A stretch of DNA of 32,000 nt, from assembly GCF_000341895.1 (NCBI RefSeq), contig NC_020409.1:1860001-1892000 (forward strand), read 5' to 3'. This document shows, piece after piece, positions 24,969 to 32,000 of this stretch; position 1 is the stretch's first letter; each line of letters begins with the position of its first letter. Both the position numbers and the translations under genes were made by a program. Source of the DNA: Pseudodesulfovibrio piezophilus C1TLV30. GTDB lineage: Bacteria > Desulfobacterota > Desulfovibrionia > Desulfovibrionales > Desulfovibrionaceae. The notes below the pieces were generated by a model. The model was not told where the DNA came from, searched no databases, and saw only the letters and a program-made list of their open reading frames with translations.

Positions 24969-26240
24969 CTATTTGTCAGCGCCCATGGGGATGCGACCAA
25001 TTTTCTTGGCGTAGGACAGAGCCACAGTACGATAAACCAAGTGACCCAACTTGGACCACGGAAGGTATGCGAGCATCATGAAGACCGCGATGAGGTGGAT
25101 ATAATACACCGGGTAAGCCAGCAGGGCTACACCCATGACGCGGAAGATGAAAGCTCCGATACCAGTCAGGAAGATGGTCCAGATCAATGTAATCAAGTAC
25201 CAATCGTACCAGTTTGAGGACTGTTTTGCCTGATCCAGATTCACGCGACGTTTGGTCAAGGCGACGAGACCATACACACCGAGACCGGCACCCAGGAAGG
25301 CGAGCAGTTTGATCGGATGGTAGATCGGCATCGGGGTATGACCGATGGCGGACAGGATATCGCCCAAGCCATGCATGCCAAGCGTGCGGAAGAGCCAGCC
25401 ACCCCAGTGGCCGGATGCGACAACACCGGTGACGACCATCAAGGCGATAAATGCGAACATAAGCATCTTGTGCCCCCCGGCGCGCTTGACATCAAGCTCG
25501 TCGGAAGTGTCGTCATTGCAGTCGTTAAACTGTGTGTGTTGCAGTATTTCATACTTCACGGTGTCAATCAGAGCGGCACAAAAGCACGGCTCTTCCTTGC
25601 GCCCGACAATGAATGTCTTGGGCTGGCCATCAAAAGCCTTGAGCATGTTCCGGACACCGGCATAGAAGCCCCAGAGCATGAAAGCAAACACCAGAATGAA
25701 GATAGGATCAATGGTGAAATCACCCGGAAACAGGCCACCGAAGACGATAATGCCGTCGGCAACAGGATTCCAGGCATGAGCGGCTTCGTTCCACTCGAAA
25801 GTGGGCAGTGCGGAGCCGAGCTTTCCAGCCATGATAACCCAGATGATGCCATACAGCAGTGCGGGAACAGCGGCCAAAGGCAGCATTCCGGCAGAGCTGG
25901 ACATCAGCTTGCCAATGATCGGCAGCGGAGCCAGATTGCGATAAGCCATGTTCCGCAGGGCGGAAAGCATATCACCAGGTTTGGCACCACGGGGGCACAG
26001 GTCGGAACAGGTGCCACAATTGTGGCACAGCCAGATGTCGATATCGTTGACCAGTCTGTCCTTGAGTCCCCACTGAGCCCACACCATTTCCTTACGGGGG
26101 TATGGATTGTCATCCGGGGACAGAGGGCACACCACCGAACAGGTGGCGCACTGGTAGCATTTTTTCAGGGAGTCGCCGCCGACAGCCTGCAACTCTTTCA
26201 CGAACTTAAGGTCCGGTTGTACCTTGACGGTATTAGACAT
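24969..26240 (-). CDS. qmoC: Quinone-interacting membrane-bound oxidoreductase subunit QmoC
   Basis: Two [4Fe-4S] motifs, CYQCATCSVVCP and CHNCGTCSDLCP, followed by an HdrE/NarI-like polytopic membrane domain. ATG at 26240 follows AGGAGG and lies 10 nt after the qmoB stop. The track's extension to 26468 overlaps qmoB. Confidence 0.9.
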   Translation of the reverse strand: MSNTVKVQPDLKFVKELQAVGGDSLKKCYQCATCSVVCPLSPDDNPYPRKEMVWAQWGLKDRLVNDIDIWLCHNCGTCSDLCPRGAKPGDMLSALRNMAYRNLAPLPIIGKLMSSSAGMLPLAAVPALLYGIIWVIMAGKLGSALPTFEWNEAAHAWNPVADGIIVFGGLFPGDFTIDPIFILVFAFMLWGFYAGVRNMLKAFDGQPKTFIVGRKEEPCFCAALIDTVKYEILQHTQFNDCNDDTSDELDVKRAGGHKMLMFAFIALMVVTGVVASGHWGGWLFRTLGMHGLGDILSAIGHTPMPIYHPIKLLAFLGAGLGVYGLVALTKRRVNLDQAKQSSNWYDWYLITLIWTIFLTGIGAFIFRVMGVALLAYPVYYIHLIAVFMMLAYLPWSKLGHLVYRTVALSYAKKIGRIPMGADK

Positions 26241-26250
26241 GCCGTACCTC

Positions 26251-28539
26251 CTAGTAACCCTTGAACGGGTTCGGGCCGAAGTTGGTAGTGATGTTCCTGA
26301 CGAATTCATCGATGATACCAGGAACCTGGTCGTACATGTCGATGGAAACCTCGAACTGCTCAACGCGTTCAGGCTCGACACCGAGACGACCAAGGGACTC
26401 AGCAATGTTTTCCTTGCGGCGGTTACACAGCTCTGACCCCTTGATAAAGTGGCACTGGTAATCGTCACCGTATTTGCAGCCCAGCATCATCACACCGTCA
26501 ACCCCCTTGGACATTGCGTCTGCAACCCAGATGGCATTGACGGAACCGAGGCAGCGCACAGGCAGGAAACGGACATAAGGAGACCAGGATTTGCCGCGCA
26601 TGGCAGCCATATCCAGAGCCGGGTAGGCATCGTTCTCGCACGCCAGAACGATGATGCGCGGGCCACCTTCGTCCAGAGTATCGGGAACTTTGACTTCCTT
26701 GATGGCCTGACCGATCTGGCTGATACCATAGTTGGAAAAGGAGATGACGCGCTCCGGACAAGCTCCCATACACGTTCCGCAACGGCGGCAACGAGTGGGA
26801 TTCGGAAGCGGTGTTCCCTTTTCATCATCATCCAACGCGCCGAACGGGCATTCCTCGGTGCAGCGTTTGCACTGGGTACAACGAGTAAAGTTGAACTCAG
26901 GGAAGCTCAGATCGCCGGAGCGGGGATGCACGGCCACGCCACGATTGGCGGACTCGATGCACTGGATAGCCTTCAGAGCGGCGCCTGCGGCGTCCTCTTC
27001 AGCAAGCCCCAATCCCATGGGCTGGCGAACGCAACCTGCTGCATACACACCTGTACGACGGGTTTCATATGGGAAGCAGATGTAGTTGGAATCAGCAAAT
27101 CCATCGAATAATTCCAGGTCAGGGAACGCTGGCCCCTGACGATAGACGAATTGCATGATCGGATCAGAAGCCGTTGTCGGCACGATGGCAGTAGGAACCA
27201 CTACCATATCAGCAACCAGCTCGATTTCGGCACCCAGGAGGGTGTCCTTGGCAGTCACAACAACCTGTGAGCCGGCATCCCTGACACCGGTGACGGTGCC
27301 CTTGGTCAGCATGACACCCGGATCGTCCTGAGCGGCCTGGTAGTATTTCTCATTGATACCGGGGACCATCATGTGATCGTAGACCACATAGGCGACGGCG
27401 TCCGGAGCAAGTTCACGTACATAGTTGGCCTGCTTCAAGGCGACCAGAGAGGTCAGCTCCGAGCTGTAAGCCAAATGTTTCGCGGATTCTTTATCTTCAT
27501 AAACGAAGACTTCGCACTCTTCATCTTCTTCTACGGGAGCAGCGTCGTCTTCTTTGCATGGCAGATCTTCGGGAGCGGCACATGCTGCGCCGCACGCATC
27601 ATAATTGACACCCTTCATCAGCAAAGAGGTATCAACGATGAATGCCACGGATTTCGGAGTCTTGCCGTCTGCGGTCTTAATGCCGCCGTTGGCAGCCATC
27701 TTTTCAAGCTCCGCAGTGGTCACGACGTTTTTAACGGAACCATATCCGAGCGGTGCGAGGAATTTGGTATTCCCCGGCATCCAACCAGTAGCCATGACAA
27801 CTGCACCAATCTCATACTCGGTACCGGCCACAGTGGCTTTGTACTGAGCAGGCGCACCAGCCAGGGAATCAACCGTGGCACCGGTGATAACCTGAATCTT
27901 GTCGTTGGCCTGGACTTCCTTGATAAGGGCATCGATGCCGATTTCCTGCTGACGTTCACTAAAAGGAGCACCCAGCGGGAAGGATTTATACATTGTAGCG
28001 GCCTTGCCACCCAACGTGTCAGCCTTTTCAACCAGGATCACGGAGTATCCCAGAGAAGCTGCGTTTGTAGCAGCCTTCAAACCTGTGAAACCACCACCCA
28101 CGACCATGACGGTCTTGAAGGCATCAGGCAGTTCCGGTTCGGGAAGACGGCTGTTGGCCAGCTTGATGATTCCCATATTGACATAATCCTTGGCGATGAC
28201 TTCCATCTGACCAGGGAAAGCCGGGTCTTCCTGGTAGGACCACACACACTGCTCACGCAGGCTGACGCGTTCTACCTGGGTTTTCTCATCAAATTTGAAA
28301 ACATCCCATTTTGAACGGGGAGTACAGGCGCAGCAAACCACGCCGTCCAATTCGTTTTCCTTGATATCGGCCTCGATCATTGCCACGCCCTCGGGGCTGC
28401 AAAGCACCGCATTGGACTTGGCGACGGTGACGACGGAGGAATGTTTGCCACCTGCTGCAAATTGAGCCAGGGCATCGACATCGAGATTCGCTCCGATGTC
28501 ACAGCCTCCACAGATATATACTCCAAGCTTTTCAGCCAT
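26251..28539 (-). CDS. qmoB: Quinone-interacting membrane-bound oxidoreductase subunit QmoB
   Basis: 762 aa. HdrA-like FAD domain (VMVVGGGFTGLKAA). Two ferredoxin motifs (CTQCKRCTEECP, CRRCGTCMGACP). C-terminal MvhD-like domain (IIVLACENDAYPALD...). Confidence 0.95.
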   Translation of the reverse strand: MAEKLGVYICGGCDIGANLDVDALAQFAAGGKHSSVVTVAKSNAVLCSPEGVAMIEADIKENELDGVVCCACTPRSKWDVFKFDEKTQVERVSLREQCVWSYQEDPAFPGQMEVIAKDYVNMGIIKLANSRLPEPELPDAFKTVMVVGGGFTGLKAATNAASLGYSVILVEKADTLGGKAATMYKSFPLGAPFSERQQEIGIDALIKEVQANDKIQVITGATVDSLAGAPAQYKATVAGTEYEIGAVVMATGWMPGNTKFLAPLGYGSVKNVVTTAELEKMAANGGIKTADGKTPKSVAFIVDTSLLMKGVNYDACGAACAAPEDLPCKEDDAAPVEEDEECEVFVYEDKESAKHLAYSSELTSLVALKQANYVRELAPDAVAYVVYDHMMVPGINEKYYQAAQDDPGVMLTKGTVTGVRDAGSQVVVTAKDTLLGAEIELVADMVVVPTAIVPTTASDPIMQFVYRQGPAFPDLELFDGFADSNYICFPYETRRTGVYAAGCVRQPMGLGLAEEDAAGAALKAIQCIESANRGVAVHPRSGDLSFPEFNFTRCTQCKRCTEECPFGALDDDEKGTPLPNPTRCRRCGTCMGACPERVISFSNYGISQIGQAIKEVKVPDTLDEGGPRIIVLACENDAYPALDMAAMRGKSWSPYVRFLPVRCLGSVNAIWVADAMSKGVDGVMMLGCKYGDDYQCHFIKGSELCNRRKENIAESLGRLGVEPERVEQFEVSIDMYDQVPGIIDEFVRNITTNFGPNPFKGY

Positions 28540-28542
28540 TGG

Positions 28543-29778
28543 TTACCTCCCTACCACGGTTTGAATCGCTTTCATCGCGGCAGCAGTGCCGGACTGGGCG
28601 GTCTTCATGACGTCAAGGGGCTGCTTGGCGCAACCAGCGGCGATAATACCTTCGCCGTCCATGACGAAACCGTCGGCATCCATGGAACCGACCGGAGCAG
28701 TCAGTCCAGCAGTGCTGGGCTCCATGCCCGTGGCCAGGACTACCATGTCGAACTTCTCTTCGGACTTAATACCAGTGAGAGCGTTCTCGACGGTGACGAT
28801 GGGGTTGCCAGCGGCGTCTTCGACGATAGCTGCGACTTTACCTTTGACGAGACTGAGCTTGTCGTCCGCCTCGGTGGCAACCTTGAATTTGTCATAACGA
28901 CCGGGAGTACGCAGATCGATGTAGAAAACAGTCACGTTGGCATCGGAGCGTTTACGGACGTAGCGGACATGCTTCAGGGAAGCCATGCAACAAATGTAAG
29001 AGCAATAGTTCAGGTGATTCTGGTCACGAGAACCAGCGCATTGAACAAAAGCGATCTTTTTAGGCTCCATCCCATCTGAAGGACGGGCAATCTGGCCGCC
29101 TGTGGGACCGTTGGGCGCTGCAAGGCGCTCAAACTGCATGTTGGTGACGACATTCTTGAGAGTGCCACCGCCGAGGTTGGTCAGGTTGGAAACATCATAG
29201 GGTTTCCAGCCGGTAGCAACCACAATGGCCCCGACATTCAAGTCGATGGCCTTGGATGTGTCATCAAGATCAACTGCGTCATAAGGACAGGCAGCCTTGA
29301 TGGCGGAAAGCTCACCTTCGGACGCATTTTCAGCATCCACCACATAGCGCATCGGGAACATGAATGGATGGGTCTTGTAAGCCATGCCGCGCTTGCCGGT
29401 GCCGAAATCGAATTCGGATTCAACCGTGGAGGCCGTAGCCTTCTCGCACTCGCCGCAGGCGGTACATTTTTCATTCACGTAGCGGGGCCGCTGTGTGATT
29501 TTCACGTCGTAGTTTCCTTTGGTGCCGGAAACGGACTCGACGCTGGCCATGGTGATGACCTTGACATTGGGGTTATTCTTGATGCGCTGAAATTGAATCT
29601 CTAAACCGCAGGAAGGGGGACACAGCTTCGGAAAGTACTGATTCAGCTGTGCAACCCTGCCACCGAGGTAGGGATTTGTTTCAACGATGTAAACCTCGTA
29701 GCCGATTTCGGCAGCTTCGAGGGCGGCGGTGATTCCGGCGAATCCCCCACCTACAACGAGAATACTATTATTCGACAT
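28543..29778 (-). CDS. qmoA: Quinone-interacting membrane-bound oxidoreductase subunit QmoA
   Basis: HdrA-like flavoprotein with ILVVGGGFAGITAALEAAEIGYEVYIVE. ATG at 29778 lies 8 nt after AGGAG. The track's 29787 start is a GTG inside the SD. Confidence 0.95.
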   Translation of the reverse strand: MSNNSILVVGGGFAGITAALEAAEIGYEVYIVETNPYLGGRVAQLNQYFPKLCPPSCGLEIQFQRIKNNPNVKVITMASVESVSGTKGNYDVKITQRPRYVNEKCTACGECEKATASTVESEFDFGTGKRGMAYKTHPFMFPMRYVVDAENASEGELSAIKAACPYDAVDLDDTSKAIDLNVGAIVVATGWKPYDVSNLTNLGGGTLKNVVTNMQFERLAAPNGPTGGQIARPSDGMEPKKIAFVQCAGSRDQNHLNYCSYICCMASLKHVRYVRKRSDANVTVFYIDLRTPGRYDKFKVATEADDKLSLVKGKVAAIVEDAAGNPIVTVENALTGIKSEEKFDMVVLATGMEPSTAGLTAPVGSMDADGFVMDGEGIIAAGCAKQPLDVMKTAQSGTAAAMKAIQTVVGR

Positions 29779-29892
29779 TCTCTTCACTCCTCCCGAATAA
29801 AGTTGAGGCTCAGCCAGAAAATGGCCTAAACCCGGACCGGGAGCGGCATCCCGGCCCGGATTCAGACCATTTCAGCCCCGGTAGATTGGGAA

Positions 29893-29922
29893 GTGACCGC
29901 GAACCCAGGGGCTCGCGGTCAC
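29893..29922 (-). other. Intercistronic stem-loop between aprA and qmoA
   Basis: gtgaccgcga (29893-29902) pairs with tcgcggtcac (29913-29922), a 10-bp perfect stem with a 10-nt loop. It starts 25 nt after the aprA stop and is not followed by a clear T-tract. Confidence 0.55.
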
Positions 29923-29947
29923 GGGATGATCATTTCCCTAATAGGAC

Positions 29948-31945
29948 TTAGGCGTCAGGGATAATCTTGACGTAAGGCTTCTTGAAGATAGTGGTCACGC
30001 CAGTGGCGGGATCAAAGGTGGAGTTAACAAAGCATCTCCACTTGGAATCGTCCAGGCCCATGAAGTCGCCACGGTAGTAGAAGCCCGGGTAACGGGATTC
30101 TTCGCGGAATTCGATGTGCTGCATGTGCAGGCGGACAGTCCACAGACGGTGGAACTGTTCCCAACAACGCATCAGTTCGTGCAAGTCACGAGCTGCGAGC
30201 TTCTTGGAATCTTCCTCGATCATACCGAGCAACCAGAAACCGGTGTTCAGCAGAGCCTTGGAGGTCATGTACAGAGTCGCAACACCACCACCGTATTCAT
30301 CGGTGCACTTGATGAGACGCATCATGAAGTTGTGAGGAGTGATGTAAGCAGGGTTGACAACAGGATCGGTGGAACCGCCCTTGTTCTCTTCGTAGGTGTA
30401 CCAAGGCTGGTACAGCTCCTGCTTCAGTTCTTCAGCGGTTTCCTTGAAGGAAGGCTGGAAGTCCTTGTGGTCAACAACCCAACGGACCATCTGCTTACCG
30501 ACGATGCGGCCTTCAGCATGGGAACCGGAGGAGAACTTGTGACCGGAAGCGCCAACACCATCAGCACAGGTCCACAAGCCGTTGACAGTCGTCATACGGT
30601 TGTAAACTTTGCCGTTGTCAGCTTTGACCTTATAGGAATCAGGAACCCATTCTTCGTCAGGGCCGGAGCACCAGATGCCGCAGCAACCGGAGTGGGAACC
30701 CAACAGGTAAGGCTCGGTAGGCATGATCTCGGAACCACGATCCTCAGGAGCGCAGTTGGTAGCAGCCCACAGGTTGGCCTGGCCAACGCACATGTCAAGG
30801 AAGTCTTCCCAAGCCTCGGACTCAAGGTGCTTCCACTCAGGGCCGGACAGATCGCCATTGACGGTCTTCAGCAGAGCGGACTTGGTGTCCATGAAGATCG
30901 GGCCGCGGCCTTCACGCATTTCACGGAGCATCATGTGGTTACGCAGACAAGTGGGGATGATGTGACCCTTGGCATAGCCGCGATCCTCGTAAGGCTTCAG
31001 CATGGCACGGTTGGTCTCGCAGTAATCCTCACCCTTGTAGTTGGTAGCTTTGGCCTTGAACAACAGGAACCATGCACCGACCGGACCGTAACCGTCTTTG
31101 AAACGGGCGGGGACGAAGCGGTTTTCCATCATGGTCATTTCGCCGCCAACCTGGGCAACCATGGTGTAGGTGGAACCTGCGTTCCAGACTGGGTACCATG
31201 CGCGACCCATACCCTCTCCAGTGGAGCGGGGACGGTACACGTTAACAGCACCACCACAAGCGACAACAGCAGCGTTGCACTTGTAGATGTAGATCTTGTT
31301 TTCGCGAGTGGAGAAACCAACAGCACCAGCGATGCGGTTAGGCTCGTTCTGGTCGAGGAGCATCTTGACGATGAACACACGCTCGACGTAACGATCTTCA
31401 CCAATGGCGTTCTTTGCAGCTTCAGCAACGATGCACTTGTAGGACTCACCGTTGATCATGATCTGCCAGCGGCCGGAACGGACAGGCTCTGCACCGTTGC
31501 GGATTGCCAGGCCTTCGGCCTTGGCTTTACCACCGTCGAGGTTTTTGCCGTCTTTCTTGACCCAGATGGGGAGACCCCATTCTTCGAAGAGGTGGACGGA
31601 ATCATCAACGTGACGGCCGAGGTCGAAGATCAGATCTTCACGAACCAGGCCCATCAGGTCAGTGCGGACCATGCGGACGTAATCGTCAACATCGTTCTCA
31701 CCGCAGTAGGTGTTGATTGCGGACAGACCCTGAGCAACCGCACCACCACGCTCGATGGCAGCTTTATCGACCAGCTCCAAGGTAATGGAAGGATCAACTT
31801 TCTCGATCCAACGCATAGCTTCGAAGGCAGCGCCGCAGTTACCCATGCCGCCGCCGACCATCAGGATATCAACACTTTTTTCGACGATTTCCGGCTCGGC
31901 GAGAGCAACACCTTTGGAGGCTTCTTTCATAGGAAGCAGAGGCAT
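29948..31945 (-). CDS. aprA: Adenylylsulfate (APS) reductase alpha subunit
   Basis: 665 aa. MPLLPMKEASKGVALAEPEIVEKSVDILMVGGGMGNCGAAFEA... is the FAD-binding N-terminus, and length and sequence match Desulfovibrio AprA. SD is AGGAGA. An in-frame TAG at 31987-31989 on the minus strand would fit the end of aprB just inside the window edge, but I cannot verify this. Confidence 0.97.
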   Translation of the reverse strand: MPLLPMKEASKGVALAEPEIVEKSVDILMVGGGMGNCGAAFEAMRWIEKVDPSITLELVDKAAIERGGAVAQGLSAINTYCGENDVDDYVRMVRTDLMGLVREDLIFDLGRHVDDSVHLFEEWGLPIWVKKDGKNLDGGKAKAEGLAIRNGAEPVRSGRWQIMINGESYKCIVAEAAKNAIGEDRYVERVFIVKMLLDQNEPNRIAGAVGFSTRENKIYIYKCNAAVVACGGAVNVYRPRSTGEGMGRAWYPVWNAGSTYTMVAQVGGEMTMMENRFVPARFKDGYGPVGAWFLLFKAKATNYKGEDYCETNRAMLKPYEDRGYAKGHIIPTCLRNHMMLREMREGRGPIFMDTKSALLKTVNGDLSGPEWKHLESEAWEDFLDMCVGQANLWAATNCAPEDRGSEIMPTEPYLLGSHSGCCGIWCSGPDEEWVPDSYKVKADNGKVYNRMTTVNGLWTCADGVGASGHKFSSGSHAEGRIVGKQMVRWVVDHKDFQPSFKETAEELKQELYQPWYTYEENKGGSTDPVVNPAYITPHNFMMRLIKCTDEYGGGVATLYMTSKALLNTGFWLLGMIEEDSKKLAARDLHELMRCWEQFHRLWTVRLHMQHIEFREESRYPGFYYRGDFMGLDDSKWRCFVNSTFDPATGVTTIFKKPYVKIIPDA

Positions 31946-32000
31946 AATATTTCTCCTAGATTATTCGTGTTTCAAATTCAGTAAGACTAGATAAACTGCA

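Noticed and set aside
26241-26468. N-terminal extension of the qmoC ORF by 76 codons, overlapping qmoB
   Set aside because: The extension is Ser/Thr/Arg-rich and overlaps the qmoB 3' end. The internal ATG at 26240 has a perfect AGGAGG and starts the ferredoxin-like domain.
25317-28314. Long plus-strand ORFs (25317-26264, 26449-27111, 27373-28314) opposite qmoC and qmoB
   Set aside because: They are antisense shadows of clearly identified Qmo genes, with junk-like composition and no SDs.
30116-31984. 622-aa ORF on the plus strand, antisense to aprA
   Set aside because: It is exactly antisense to a gene with unambiguous AprA sequence. Its translation is low-complexity (Val/Gly/Thr/Asp-rich) with no motifs and no SD. 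Long antisense frames are expected opposite highly codon-biased genes.
31987-32000. Possible last codons of aprB (…QFI-TAG) at the window edge
   Set aside because: Its position 41 nt upstream of aprA is plausible for aprB. However, 14 nt cannot be identified, and two other frames also terminate nearby. It is not reported as a feature.
1-32000. Scan for CRISPR repeats, IS/transposase or integrase genes, tRNA/rRNA genes, toxin-antitoxin pairs and defence-system genes
   Set aside because: I saw no regularly spaced direct repeats, no terminal inverted repeats flanking an ORF, no recombinase- or transposase-like translations, and no cloverleaf-like segments in the intergenic regions. All sizeable ORFs are explained by housekeeping, transport, signalling or respiration genes.

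Overview
This window looks like a chromosomal core region of a Desulfovibrio-type (Desulfovibrionaceae) sulfate-reducing bacterium. I found no mobile elements, CRISPR arrays, tRNA or rRNA genes. The right end (24.2-32.0 kb, minus strand) carries the dissimilatory sulfate-reduction locus aprA-qmoA-qmoB-qmoC. It ends with a qmo-associated gene of unknown function and a strong terminator. aprB is expected just past the window edge. The rest of the window, from left to right:
- a truncated UbiA/MqnP-like prenyltransferase and a DUF606 transporter
- a compact DksA/TraR protein followed by an unusual PHP-phosphoesterase/GT4-glycosyltransferase fusion of about 812 aa
- a tightly coupled minus-strand operon: metallophosphoesterase, rlmH, an 84-aa acidic protein, a YkgJ Cys-cluster protein and rfaE2
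- a YhhQ-type queuosine-precursor transporter
- a stand-alone HD-GYP phosphodiesterase
- a PAS-containing chemoreceptor
- SPOR protein, argS, cmk and hisC
- a universal stress protein
- a sigma-54-promoted gene of unknown function
- a liv-type branched-chain amino acid ABC operon in the order G-K-H-M-spacer-F
- a YdfG-like short-chain dehydrogenase
- a globin-coupled diguanylate cyclase
Nothing here resembles a defence island or an obviously novel multi-gene system. The most interesting items are uncharacterised single genes in informative contexts: the qmo-distal coiled-coil protein, the PHP-GT4 fusion, the globin-DGC, and the rlmH-coupled acidic protein. There are also several RNA-level signals, namely intercistronic hairpins, a near-consensus sigma-54 promoter, and a 277-nt gap inside the liv operon. 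All calls come from reading the supplied translations and the DNA. No database searches were run.
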